This document shows, in pieces, positions 35,990 to 45,485 of a DNA stretch of 64,000 nt (position 1 is the first letter of the stretch; each line of letters opens with the position of its first letter). Made by a program: the position numbers and the translations under genes. Below the pieces are notes generated by a model. The model did no database searches. It saw nothing but the letters and a program-made list of their open reading frames with translations, and was not told the origin of the DNA. The stretch spans positions 417,102 through 481,101 of the forward strand of contig CAVTGN010000002.1 in assembly GCA_963734265.1 (NCBI GenBank). The letters are read 5' to 3'. The stretch is from Terriglobia bacterium (GTDB lineage Bacteria > Acidobacteriota > Terriglobia > Terriglobales > Acidobacteriaceae).

Positions 35990-37447
35990 CTACCGCGGAA
36001 GTGGATCAGGCATCGTGGCCAGCGCATATCCCATCACCGCCAGAGCGGTCGCATTTTCGCGCAATTCCTGGGGAACGATCTTGTCCAGCGTGTCCGCCGC
36101 GGTGTGATGATAGTTGAAATAGACGCGCCCATCTTGCAGTAAGCCAAAGGCCGGGACGCCTTGCTTGGCCAGAGGCTCGATGTCAGCCTCCGGGCTATCG
36201 CTGCTCAGCTCGATCAGGTTCGCCCCGAAAGGCCGAAGAACATCCTGTACCGGCTGCAGTTGGGCTTCGGCCTCCGGCGTGATCTTGGCCCGGAATCCCA
36301 TGGGATGGGAGGCTCCCAAATCGCTTTCGAGCGCAGCCACATGATTGCCGATTTCCGAGGCATGCGCCCGGGCATACTCCGCGTGGCCGCGTCCCAGATT
36401 TTCCTCGTCAATCCAGGCAATCACCCGCAGCGTGCGTTTGGGATGAAGATGCAAATGCTGAATCAGTTGCGCCGTTTCCATCGCGACCGCGACGCCCGCC
36501 GCATCGTCGATCGCTCCCGTTCCCAGGTCCCAGGAATCCAGGTGTCCGGACACGATCACAATCTGCTCCGGATGCTCCGAGCCTTTCAGATCGCCCACCA
36601 CGTTGTAGGTGGTCACGTCCTCCGCGGTCTGCGAGGCCAAGATCAGGTGCATGCGGACTTTGCCCTGCGCCGCCAGATGAGCAATCAGGTCCGCGTCTTC
36701 GCTGGTCACCGCCCCGGCTGGAATCTCGGCCGGTGTGCTTCCTCCGGTGTGCGGCAGGCGATAGTCTGCGCCGCCTACTGACCTGACCAGCGAAGCCACC
36801 GCCCCTAGCGCCGATGCCCTTTTTGCTCCTTGCGCGCGATAAAGCACCGCCTCGTCGTAAGCTTCGCCGGCAAACCCGCCCGCCGCCTTCTGCTTGTCGA
36901 AAGCAACATTGAACAGGACGATCTTCCCCGCGACATTCTCGCGCCCGAGACGATCGAGGTCCGCGAAGCTGTTGGCCACGACGACGTCCGCCGTAATTCC
37001 CTGCGGCGGCGTGGGATGATTTCCTCCCAGAGCTGTGAGCACGACCTTCTGTGTGGTTCCGGGCGCCTGCCCCGGATACTCCACCAGTTCGGCGCTCTCG
37101 GCTCCACGTATCCAGTGCCGCGCCTGCACCGGCTCCAGACGCACCTCGAGCCCAAGCTTCCGCATTTCGCCTGCAACGTATTCGATTGCGGCTTGCGCCT
37201 GCGGTGATCCCACCGGCCGGGGCCCGATATTCTCGGTGAGGTGGGCTACTTGCTGGTATGCGTAGTCGTCAGTCAATCCGGCGTCGCGGATGGACGTGAG
37301 TTCCTGAATCAGCGCTGGCGACAGAGTGGCCACGACTGCTGGCGGGTGGCGACGGTCGTAATCGGAAGGAACCGGGGCATTTGGTTTTTGCGCGCCCAGC
37401 GTTGCCGGAATCAGGGCCAGAAATAAAAGCACGCTTGTGTGTCGCAT
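35990..37447 (-). CDS. M28 family metallopeptidase (aminopeptidase with PA domain), secreted
   Basis: Signal peptide MRHTSVLLFLALIPATLGA and zinc-ligand region IVSGHLDSWDLGTGAIDDAAGVA. Length 485 aa. Confidence 0.85.
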   Translation of the reverse strand: MRHTSVLLFLALIPATLGAQKPNAPVPSDYDRRHPPAVVATLSPALIQELTSIRDAGLTDDYAYQQVAHLTENIGPRPVGSPQAQAAIEYVAGEMRKLGLEVRLEPVQARHWIRGAESAELVEYPGQAPGTTQKVVLTALGGNHPTPPQGITADVVVANSFADLDRLGRENVAGKIVLFNVAFDKQKAAGGFAGEAYDEAVLYRAQGAKRASALGAVASLVRSVGGADYRLPHTGGSTPAEIPAGAVTSEDADLIAHLAAQGKVRMHLILASQTAEDVTTYNVVGDLKGSEHPEQIVIVSGHLDSWDLGTGAIDDAAGVAVAMETAQLIQHLHLHPKRTLRVIAWIDEENLGRGHAEYARAHASEIGNHVAALESDLGASHPMGFRAKITPEAEAQLQPVQDVLRPFGANLIELSSDSPEADIEPLAKQGVPAFGLLQDGRVYFNYHHTAADTLDKIVPQELRENATALAVMGYALATMPDPLPR

Positions 37448-37498
37448 CGGTCCAATAGATTACCTCATTCAGAAGCGGAGGCGGTTCATCCGTAGTTT

Positions 37499-37583
37499 CC
37501 CTTTGCGTCCTTTGCGCTCTTTGCGGTCACGTTCTCACCGCGCCAACCTTCTCACCGCAAAGCGCGCAAAGGACGCAAAGGGG
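37499..37583. repeat. REP-D copy 2
   Basis: CCCTTTGCGTCCTTTGCGCTCTTTGCGG ... CCGCAAAGCGCGCAAAGGACGCAAAGGGG. The inverted arms are nearly perfect. Confidence 0.85.
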
Positions 37584-37598
37584 AAGTTACGTCCTCCC

Positions 37599-37625
37599 AA
37601 AAAAATGGCCCCATTTCTGGGGCCA
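37599..37625 (-). terminator. intrinsic terminator (- strand)
   Basis: Perfect 8-bp stem TGGCCCCA / TGGGGCCA (37606-37625) with loop TTTC, followed on the - strand by seven T (37605-37599). Confidence 0.7.
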
Positions 37626-37962
37626 CTATTAAAAGAGGCAAGATGGAGGGTTGGTTCAGGAATGGCGATGCGGTGAGCCGCTCCGCCAGCCGGAACGGCA
37701 ACAAGAGAGATGTCGAATACAGAGAGTGAAGGTCATTACTTTGTCAGCGGCCTCTTTTGTTGCTTCACTTAATGCACTTGCGCAACCAAAGAACCCGAAT
37801 CGACACTCTTCAGACCGAATACCAGCCAACCCATTGCAATGCATTGACTTACGTAGCCTAGAACCCAGGCGCCGCGAAAATCACAGAGTGCTGCAGGAAG
37901 AGTTGGAATGCAGAATCCTGCACATTCACTGCATCGCGGTAGGCAGCACGCGTGTCACGCCA

Positions 37963-37999
37963 CAAATAAAAAGACCTCCGAGAGTAAATCTCGAAGGTC
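37963..37999 (-). terminator. intrinsic terminator after the GvpF/L-like gene
   Basis: An 11-bp stem with one mismatch (37973-37999, GACCTCCGAGA / TCTCGAAGGTC) is followed on the - strand by TTTTTATTTG. It lies 53 nt after the stop at 38052. Confidence 0.7.
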
Positions 38000-38051
38000 C
38001 CTATCCGAGTCAGACGCCTGAGGTCCGAGGTCCGAAGCCCAACCACCAGGC

Positions 38052-38798
38052 TTAAGAGTTTCCCGCCACCATCCGCAGCTTGCCTGGCAGGAAATGATAC
38101 GGCGGCCAGGGTCCGCTGATGGCCAGTTCGCAGTTCTTCAACTGCTTGGCCGCGCTGCTATAGCGATTTTGATATTTTTCCACAGATTTGGAGTCGATGA
38201 GGTGGGCAATGTCGATCAGCATTCCGTTGGAATCCACGCGCTTGCAACTGATCTCTTCTTCCAGCGGATTGAACAACTTGTGAACTTGTACGGAGAGCGC
38301 CCGCGCCTTGGTCCGGCGTTCGCGATCCTGCGACGCCTTCTCCCGAAGCTTAATAAGGTAATCGCCCCCAACCGTATCCGGCAGGATCACGTCGGCCATG
38401 GCTTCGCGCAGGGAACCGTCCCTGACCCGCAGCTTCAAATGCATCTCCGCCTTGCCCCTCAGCCGGGCAACGCTTTGACCAAAGGTCCGGCGATTGGTGC
38501 GCACGGCTTGGCGCAGAGCCTCGTCCGAATCGAAAATCGTCCCAAAGCGGAACGGCAACACCGTTCCACTGCGGAAGCAGACGCTGACCACCCGCGCATG
38601 CTCCAGGACGTTCTTCTCCCCGAACTGCTCGCCATCGCGCGCATATTCGCTGACGACTATGTTGAATTCTCCGCTGGGATAGGCCAGAACTGCGGCTCCG
38701 TTCACTCCTTGAATCCCTTCCAGTAAGGAAGGACGGCGAGAACGGGTTCCATTGGCTAGGGTCTGTTGTTCAGTGATGCAATAAGCGTACCACGCCAT
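38052..38798 (-). CDS. GvpL/GvpF family gas-vesicle-protein homologue
   Basis: MAWYAYCITEQ..., ...TVLPFRFGTIF... and the C-terminal ISGPWPPYHF match the GvpF/L hallmarks (YxYGI start, PxxFGT, GPWPPYxF). No gvpA-like ORF occurs anywhere in the window. Confidence 0.75.
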   Translation of the reverse strand: MAWYAYCITEQQTLANGTRSRRPSLLEGIQGVNGAAVLAYPSGEFNIVVSEYARDGEQFGEKNVLEHARVVSVCFRSGTVLPFRFGTIFDSDEALRQAVRTNRRTFGQSVARLRGKAEMHLKLRVRDGSLREAMADVILPDTVGGDYLIKLREKASQDRERRTKARALSVQVHKLFNPLEEEISCKRVDSNGMLIDIAHLIDSKSVEKYQNRYSSAAKQLKNCELAISGPWPPYHFLPGKLRMVAGNS

Positions 38799-39113
38799 AA
38801 GGTCTCTCCGAACCTGTTGCGAGGCGAGATAGGGTCACCCCACGCATACTATTGACCACGTTTTGAACCGTTTGGAAGAAAGGGCGTACTGCGACGAGAT
38901 TGAACGCTTACTGCCGCGTCCAGTGTGCATATTACCTCGGGCGCTACTAAAAATGCAACCATTTCGTGGCAATGGGCATCTTGCGGCGTTTTTTGGCCGG
39001 CACTTGGTACGGTCGAGTGCGAAGCACCATCAGAGTAACGATGTCCCTGGTTGAGAACTAGGCCCGGAATACCCGCCAAGCTATCCTGCTGATGAAACTG
39101 GATATCAGCAACG

Positions 39114-40034
39114 ATGGGTATCAGCATCTACGTCGAGAGTCTCGTTCGGGGTGAGATGGACGAGCTTTGGGACAAGACGCAGGAGCCCAAACTTCACCAG
39201 CGCTGGGATCTGCGTTTTTCCGACATCGAGTACCTGCCGCGCCAGCCTGGCGAGCCTCAAAGATTTCTCTACGCCACGCGTATCGGGGCGGGCGCACGAA
39301 TCGAAGGTGCGGGGGAGAGTGTTGGCGAGAGCGAAGCCGCGACCGGGCAGCGAACATCGGCGCTCAAGTTTTGGTCGGAAGATCGAAAATCGCTGATCGA
39401 GTCGGGATCCGGTTACTGGAAATATGTGCCTGGCACAGACGGCATTCAGTTCATCACTTCCTACGATTACCAGACCCGTTTCGGCATCCTGGGGAAGATT
39501 GTCGATAAGTTGATGTTTCGCCCCTTGCTGGGCTGGGCCACGGCTTGGAGTTTCGATCGCCTGCGGCTTTGGATCGAAGCCGGCATCTTGCCGGAGGATT
39601 CCCGGGACCGCGCCTTGATCTATACCTTGTGCCGCGGAACCATCGCTTTCGTTTGGCTCTATCACGGACTCGTTCCCAAGCTGATTTACAGAAACCCCGA
39701 CGAGTTCAGGATGCTGCGCGAGGCCGGCGTCCCTGGCGCAAATCTGATTGGCGTAACGTCGGCATTCGGGTGGGCTGAAGTGTGCCTGGGCCTGATCATC
39801 CTGATTTTTTGGAGGTCGCGCTGGCCGCTCTGGTTCACGCTGCTTGCCATGGTTCTCGCCACCGCGGGCGTGCTGGTCAATTCGCGAGAATACGTGACGG
39901 CCGCTTTCAATCCCATCACCCTGAATCTTGCAGTATCGGCCTTGACCGTGGTTGTCCTGTGGCTCCGGCACAATCTTCCGACCGCCAGCAACTGCCTGAG
40001 GCGGCCGCGCGAATCACCGGTACGCAAGCCATGA
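39114..40034 (+). CDS. fusion protein: N-terminal SRPBCC (START/polyketide-cyclase-like) domain plus C-terminal DoxX-like 4-TM domain
   Basis: The N-terminal 150 aa (ISIYVESLVRGEMDELWDKTQEPKLHQRWDLRF...) look SRPBCC-like. The C-terminal half (LIYTLCRGTIAFVWLYHGLVPKL...) has four TM helices resembling the DoxX-like family. Confidence 0.6.
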   Translation: MGISIYVESLVRGEMDELWDKTQEPKLHQRWDLRFSDIEYLPRQPGEPQRFLYATRIGAGARIEGAGESVGESEAATGQRTSALKFWSEDRKSLIESGSGYWKYVPGTDGIQFITSYDYQTRFGILGKIVDKLMFRPLLGWATAWSFDRLRLWIEAGILPEDSRDRALIYTLCRGTIAFVWLYHGLVPKLIYRNPDEFRMLREAGVPGANLIGVTSAFGWAEVCLGLIILIFWRSRWPLWFTLLAMVLATAGVLVNSREYVTAAFNPITLNLAVSALTVVVLWLRHNLPTASNCLRRPRESPVRKP

Positions 40035-40075
40035 CCTGCGAATTAATGACCTGCGATTCAATGACATGCGATCAA
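40031..40075 (+). repeat. 15-bp x3 tandem repeat ATGAC(C/A)TGCGA(A/T)T(T/C)A spanning a gene junction
   Basis: ATGACCTGCGAATTA (40031-40045), ATGACCTGCGATTCA (40046-40060) and ATGACATGCGATCAA (40061-40075). Copy 1 contains the upstream stop TGA (40032-40034). Copy 3 contains the downstream start ATG (40066). Confidence 0.9.
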
Positions 40076-40743
40076 TTTACGAGCTGGCGCTAGGCGACAA
40101 ATTCGGTCTTCTCCACCCGCGAATCCAGGAGCGGTTCGGATTCAGCAGCCGGGATAATGTCGCATCGATCGGGACCGGAATCATGGAAGAGATCTGGCAC
40201 GGCCCACTTTATACGCTGCCGTTTCTGTACATCGGAAGTTGGCGGCAAATTATGTTCCCGGAGCACGGCCAGTCCATCCCATTCACCATCAGAAACTATG
40301 CTTACGTCGATCAGTTCGGAAGGGAAACTGTAACCTGGATTCGCAACTTCCAGACTGCACACCCGCGCCGCTTCGATGCCTACATGATCTTCAGCCAGCA
40401 GCGCGGCTGCATCGTAGATTACCTCGGCACCCACCAGCACCTGGCGGTTGATATCGATTTGTCGGTGGATGAGCGCGGAGGCCTTCGCCTTCGGTCAGAC
40501 GAACAGCGCTTTTACGAAGGCTGGATCGGGTTCCGTTTCCCCATGACCTTCTCGGGCGTAGCCGAGGTCTGCGAGTGGTACGACGACTCGGATCGGCGTT
40601 TCCATATCCAGGTTGACGTCAAGAATCGGGTGTGGGGTCCGCTGTTCGGCTATCGGGGTTCGTTCGAGATCGAGTGGCGCCCCGTCACCAGAGATCAAAT
40701 TCCCGCCGACATTCTTCCGGTTCGCTGCGAGCGCCGAGAGTAA
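40066..40743 (+). CDS. DUF4166 domain-containing protein
   Basis: 225 aa. LALGDKFGLLHPRIQERF...GPLYTLPFLYIGSWRQIMFPE...FDAYMIF...HLAVDIDL matches my recollection of DUF4166. Assignment is from memory only. Confidence 0.55.
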   Translation: MRSIYELALGDKFGLLHPRIQERFGFSSRDNVASIGTGIMEEIWHGPLYTLPFLYIGSWRQIMFPEHGQSIPFTIRNYAYVDQFGRETVTWIRNFQTAHPRRFDAYMIFSQQRGCIVDYLGTHQHLAVDIDLSVDERGGLRLRSDEQRFYEGWIGFRFPMTFSGVAEVCEWYDDSDRRFHIQVDVKNRVWGPLFGYRGSFEIEWRPVTRDQIPADILPVRCERRE

Positions 40744-40779
40744 GGTGCTGTCTCCGCCAGGACCCGCCCGCGTTTACAA

Positions 40780-43465
40780 CTACTGAATCAGCGTGCCCCC
40801 GTTCACCGGCTCTTCTTCGGGCACGATCACCACTGCCGCCGCCACGCGGTCTCCCGGTTCCAGGTTCAGCAGGCGGACACCCTGCGCGGCGCGGCCGGAT
40901 TCGCGGATGGTGTTTGAATCCATGCGAATGATCTTGCCGTACTGGCTGATCAGCATGACCTCGGAGTTTTCGTCCACCTGCGCGATGCCAACGACCTTGC
41001 CGTTGCGTTCGGTGGTCTTGACGTTGATGACGCCCGAACCGCCGCGTCCTTGCAGGCGGTACTCTTCGGCGGGGGTGCGCTTGCCGTAGCCGTTTTCGGT
41101 GACGGAGAGAATCAGCGTGCCCTTCTTGCCGACATCCACGACCTCGGAGGTCGCGACTCCTTCTGCCGGCACCTTGCCTGCGGCAACCGGGGTCTTGCTT
41201 CCATTTGTTACTTCGGCGCCGGGCTTTGGGGTTGTCGCCATGCCTACCAGGTAGTCGCCCTTTTCCATGCGAATGCCCCAGACACCGTACGCCTGGCGTC
41301 CCATGGGGCGGACGTCTTCTTCGTCGAAGCGAATCGCCTGGCCTTCGTGCGTGGCCAGGAAGACAATCTGTTGGCCGTCGGTGATGCGGACGGCAACCAG
41401 TTCGTCGCCCTGCTCAATGCTGATGGCGTAGATGCCGTTCGAGCGGACGTGGCAAAAATCTTTAAGCTCGGTCTTCTTGACCAGGCCGTTGCGGGTGGCG
41501 AAGAAAACGTACTTACCGGCTTCTTCGAGGTTACGCACTGCGACCATGGTGCGCACGGTCTCGCCCGGTTGCAGTCCCACCAGGTTGCCGACGTGCTTGC
41601 CTTTGCCGGCGGCGCTGATGTCCGGGATCTCATACACCTTGAGCCAGTAGACCCGGCCGGTATTGGTGAAGATGAGAATGTAGGCGTGAGTGGAGGCGAT
41701 GAACAGATGCTCGACGAAATCCTCGTCGCGCGTCTTCATGCCGGTGCGCCCCTGCCCGCCGCGGCGCTGCATGCGGTAGGTGGAGATCGGCGTCCGCTTC
41801 ATGTAGCCGCCGTGGCTCACCGTGACCGCAACTTGCTCGTCGGCGATCAGGTCTTCCAGGTGGATTTCGGCGGCTTCGTCTTCGATCTTGGTGCGGCGTT
41901 CGTCGCCGTACAGCTTTTTGACTTCTTCCAGCTCCTTGACGATCACGCCGCGCAATTTCTTTTCCGAGCCCAGAATGGATTCGTACTCGGCGATGTTCTC
42001 GCGCGTCAGGCCCAGCTCTTTCGTGATTTCATCGATGGAGAGCTTGGTCAGGCGATGTAGTTGTAACTCGAGAATGGCGTCGGCCTGGATCGCAGTGAAC
42101 GGCTTCTCGGGATCGCGTTTGGGCGCTCGACCGGTGGTGTTGATGTCAATCTTCTTGCCGGCAAAGTAAGCGACCAGGTTCTCGCGAGCTTCGGCGCGAT
42201 TGGCGCTGGCGCGGATGATGGTGATCACATTGTCCAGGTGATCGAGCGCTGCCAGGTAGCCTTCGAGGATGTGCTCGCGGTCTTTGGCTTTAGCCAGCAG
42301 GTAAGCGGTGCGGCGGCGCACCACGTCCACGCGGTGCTCGATGAAATACTTGATGGCCTGCACCAGGCCCATTTCCTTGGGCTGGTTGTTCGCCACCGCC
42401 AGCAGGATCATGCTGAAACTTTCCTGCATCTGGGTGTGCTTGTAGAGCTGATTCAGGACCAGCTGCGGCTCGCCGTCGCGTTTCAGTTCGACCACGATGC
42501 GCATGCCGTCGCGATCGCTTTCGTCGCGGATGTCGGAGATGGTGTCGACAATCTTGTCATTCACCAATTGCGCGATGCGCTCCACCAGGCGGGCTTTATT
42601 GACCTGGTAAGGAATTTCGGTGATGACGATGGCTTTGCGATCTTTGTTGAAAGTCTCAATGCCAGCCTTGGCGCGCATGATGAAGCGGCCACGCCCGGTT
42701 TTGTAGGCGTCCACGATTCCGGATTTGCCGTGAATGATTCCGGCTGTGGGGAAATCGGGGCCTTGCACAAATTTCAGAAGCTCCGCGAGTTGGGCGTTGG
42801 GATTGTTGACCAGGGTGATGGTCGCGTCCACGATCTCGGTGAGATTGTGAGGCGGAATCTTCGTCGCCATGCCTACGGCGATTCCGTCCGATCCATTCAC
42901 CAGCAGGTTGGGAATACGCGTGGGTAAGAACGTCAGGCTCGATTTCGTTGCCGTCGTAGTTGGGACGGAAATCTACTGTCGCCTTGTCCAGATCCTCCAG
43001 CAGCGCGTTCGACACGCGAGCCAGGCGCGCTTCGGTATAACGATCAGCCGCCGGCGGATCTCCATCCACCGAGCCGAAGTTGCCCTGGCCTTCTACCAGC
43101 GGATAGCGCATGGCAAAGGGCTGCGCCAGGCGAACCAGCGCGTCGTACACTGCCAGGTTTCCGTGGGGATGGTACTTGCCCATCACATCGCCGACGATTC
43201 TGGCGCACTTGCGCGTGGACCGGTTGGGATACAGGCCCATCTGCTGCATGGTGTACAGAATGCGGCGGTGTACCGGCTTCAATCCGTCACGCACATCGGG
43301 CAAAGCGCGGCCGATGATCACCGACATCGAATAGTCGAGATAAGACTTCTTCATCTCCTCTTCGATATTGACGGGTTGAATGTTGAGCGCGCCGGGAATG
43401 CCGGTGCCGTCTCCGCCACCGGGCGGAGGAGTCAAGGGAAGTTCAGGATTTTGATCGTCAGCCAT
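40780..43465 (-). CDS. gyrA: DNA gyrase subunit A, interrupted by a 1-nt insertion
   Basis: ORF 42656..43465 holds [24 protein letters not shown] and the active-site region [11 protein letters not shown] 40780..42900 continues with [19 protein letters not shown] and the beta-pinwheel CTD. Deleting one base of GGG 42922-42924 reads ...[19 protein letters not shown]... (894 aa). Confidence 0.95.
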
Positions 43466-43467
43466 AA

Positions 43468-43493
43468 AAGCTTTTAGCTCCTAGCTACTAGCC
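43468..43493. repeat. REP-F-like half element
   Basis: AAAGCTTTTAGCTCCTAGCTACTAGC lies immediately upstream of the gyrA start. It shows the AGCT-rich family motif with no partner arm. Confidence 0.5.
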
Positions 43494-43756
43494 TGGCCCG
43501 GACGCCACGAAGCCGGGCAGACAAGGCTGTCTGCCCAAACCCCTGACAATCTGGCCGCTTTTATACCCCTAAACAATTGCATTTACAGGATGTTACGATG
43601 GATTCGCGATACGAAAATTATACCATGACTTTGGCTAGCGATGTAGGTCCTTCGGAACGCGTAGAGGTGCCGAATCCGATGCCCTAAGGGCCCTAGTGCG
43701 AAGGCACCCGCGGCAATGGGATAATCCGGTCGTATCTTCAACCTTCGATAATCAAC

Positions 43757-44488
43757 ATGGACTCGCTGAAGGGAAAACTGGCTCTTGTCACTGGCGGTAG
43801 CCGCGGTATTGGCGCGGCGGTTGCGCTGGCGCTTGCCGGCGCCGGCGCCGATGTGGTGATCAATTTTCGCTCACGTTCCGACGCCGCCGAAGCGGTTTGC
43901 AGCGAGATTTGCAAACTAGGACGGCGCGCCCTGCCGGTCCAGGCTGACGTGTCGCAATCCGATCAGGTGAAAAAAATGGTCGCGCAGATTGAGCGCGAGC
44001 TGGGGGTGGTGAACATTCTGGTAAACAATGCGGCGATAGCTCGGCAGCTTAAACCAGAGGACATTACAGAAGCCGACTGGGACGAACACATCACGGTGAA
44101 CTTGAAATCCGCGTTCCTAGTAACGCAGGCGGTGTTGCCGCAGATGCGGGCTCAGCGCTGGGGACGAATCATCAACATTTCTTCCGTGGCGGCCCAGACT
44201 GGCGGGCTGGTGGGGCCTCACTATGCCGCGTCCAAGGCCGGGATGCTGGGACTCACTCATTCCTATGCCGCGCTGCTGGCCAAGGAAGGCATCACAGCCA
44301 ATACGGTTTGCCCGGCGCTGGTCGAAACCGACATGATGCGCGCCAACCCTCGCGCCACGTCCAGCGTGATTCCGATCGGGCGCTTCGGCACCGTCGACGA
44401 AGTTGCGTCCGTAGTGCTGATGCTGGCGGAGAATGCCTATATGACGGGGCAAACTGTCAATCCGAATGGGGGCTGGTATTTCAGTTGA
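43757..44488 (+). CDS. fabG: SDR family oxidoreductase, 3-oxoacyl-ACP reductase FabG-like
   Basis: TGGSRGIGAAVA, NNAA, YAASKAG and PGGWYFS-type end are present. Length 243 aa. It is not in the fab cluster, so the substrate is uncertain. Confidence 0.75.
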   Translation: MDSLKGKLALVTGGSRGIGAAVALALAGAGADVVINFRSRSDAAEAVCSEICKLGRRALPVQADVSQSDQVKKMVAQIERELGVVNILVNNAAIARQLKPEDITEADWDEHITVNLKSAFLVTQAVLPQMRAQRWGRIINISSVAAQTGGLVGPHYAASKAGMLGLTHSYAALLAKEGITANTVCPALVETDMMRANPRATSSVIPIGRFGTVDEVASVVLMLAENAYMTGQTVNPNGGWYFS

Positions 44489-44507
44489 TATCTGAGTTTC
44501 AGTTTTT

Positions 44508-44656
44508 GTGTGGAGCGGGCGCCCTCGCCCGTTGTCGTTGACTTCTGTTTTGAGAGATTGGCCGATGTGGCGCGGGATCACGAAATGGCTCGGGGGCGCA
44601 AACAAAATCTTTTGCAATCAAAGTCAACGGCGGCGGGCGAGGCGCCCGCCCCACAC
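44508..44656. repeat. REP-C copy 2
   Basis: GTGTGGAGCGGGCGCCCTCGCCCGTTG ... CAACGGCGGCGGGCGAGGCGCCCGCCCCACAC. Confidence 0.85.
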
Positions 44657-44702
44657 ATTTTCGCAAGGAGTAAACCGAGATGTTAAGCGAAGAAAAACAG
44701 AA

Positions 44703-45485
44703 CTAGGGCCTCATCACGACTTCATTGGGCCCGGAAGGCAACACAAAGCTCAGCCCGCGCTCCTGGTTCTGCTTCAGCGTGGCTGGCACATCGAGGTCGG
44801 CGATCTGAATCTTCCGCGTCCACGAGCCGCTGCTCCAGTAATCCGCCTTCGAATAAATGGTCCCGCTCATGATGGTGTAGTCGCTGACTTCCTCCGTCCG
44901 CCCGTCACGAAACACAAGCACAGCCGGCGGAAGCTCGCGCGCAGCTGGTGGAGCCGCCGTCTTACGCGGGGTCAAAGAGGAAGACGAACTGCCCGCCGAG
45001 GAGCCAGACGCGGCTGCGGCCCTCGCTGGAGGATAACTCGATGAAGAAGCCACCGATTTGTCTGAATAAGACTTCTCGGAATAATCAGGCGAGTGCTGTC
45101 CCGCCGCCGACGCTTTCTGGGTTAACGTCATGCGCTCGAAGTGATCGCCCTGCCACTCGATGAGCAAAGGCTCGAGCGGCGTGGCAGGCGGCGTTTGCAC
45201 AGGAGCTGCAGCCGGCACCATTACCACCTGGGGCGGTGCAGGTTCCTGCGAGTCATATTCGTAATCCGAATAGTAGGGATAGGGCAGCAGGAGCGAACCC
45301 CGCCCGAACGAGCGTCCGCGATGAACGTGAGCACCGCCGGCGCCAACCCCTGATCCCGCGAACCGGGCCGCTCCAGCCCCACGAGCTCCGGCACCCGCAC
45401 CGCGAACCTGCGCCGCCGCGGGCAAGGTGAATATCAAGGTCGCAACCGCGATGGCGGAAATTGCGATAACAAACCGGTTAAGCAT
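44703..45485 (-). CDS. hypothetical secreted protein, paralogue 2 of a tandem pair
   Basis: Signal peptide MLNRFVIAISAIAVATLIFTLPAAAQ followed by a G/A/S/P-rich region. The conserved C-terminal module is VLVFRDGRTEEVSDYTIMSGTIY...KIQIADLDVPATLKQNQERGLSFVLP. The ATG directly follows the stop of the upstream paralogue. Confidence 0.7.
   Translation of the reverse strand: MLNRFVIAISAIAVATLIFTLPAAAQVRGAGAGARGAGAARFAGSGVGAGGAHVHRGRSFGRGSLLLPYPYYSDYEYDSQEPAPPQVVMVPAAAPVQTPPATPLEPLLIEWQGDHFERMTLTQKASAAGQHSPDYSEKSYSDKSVASSSSYPPARAAAASGSSAGSSSSSLTPRKTAAPPAARELPPAVLVFRDGRTEEVSDYTIMSGTIYSKADYWSSGSWTRKIQIADLDVPATLKQNQERGLSFVLPSGPNEVVMRP

Noticed and set aside
37656-37844. The 62-aa ORF (MHCNGLAGIRSEECRF...) inside the orphan inter-terminator segment as a small protein gene
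   Set aside because: It has no ribosome-binding site, an odd Cys/Arg/Ser-rich composition and no recognisable family. The region is reported as a candidate non-coding locus instead.
40031-40093. The mini-ORF MTCELMTCDSMTCDQFTSWR as a cysteine-repeat peptide gene
   Set aside because: It is only the translation of the 15-bp tandem repeat in a third frame. It has no SD sequence and overlaps both neighbouring genes. The repeat itself is kept as a finding.
42905-42930. Programmed ribosomal frameshifting or transcriptional slippage as an explanation for the split genes
   Set aside because: There are no X XXY YYZ slippery heptamers, no long A or T runs and no downstream stimulatory structures at the nine junctions. 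Nine unrelated genes, including gyrA, all needing recoding is implausible compared with homopolymer over-calls.
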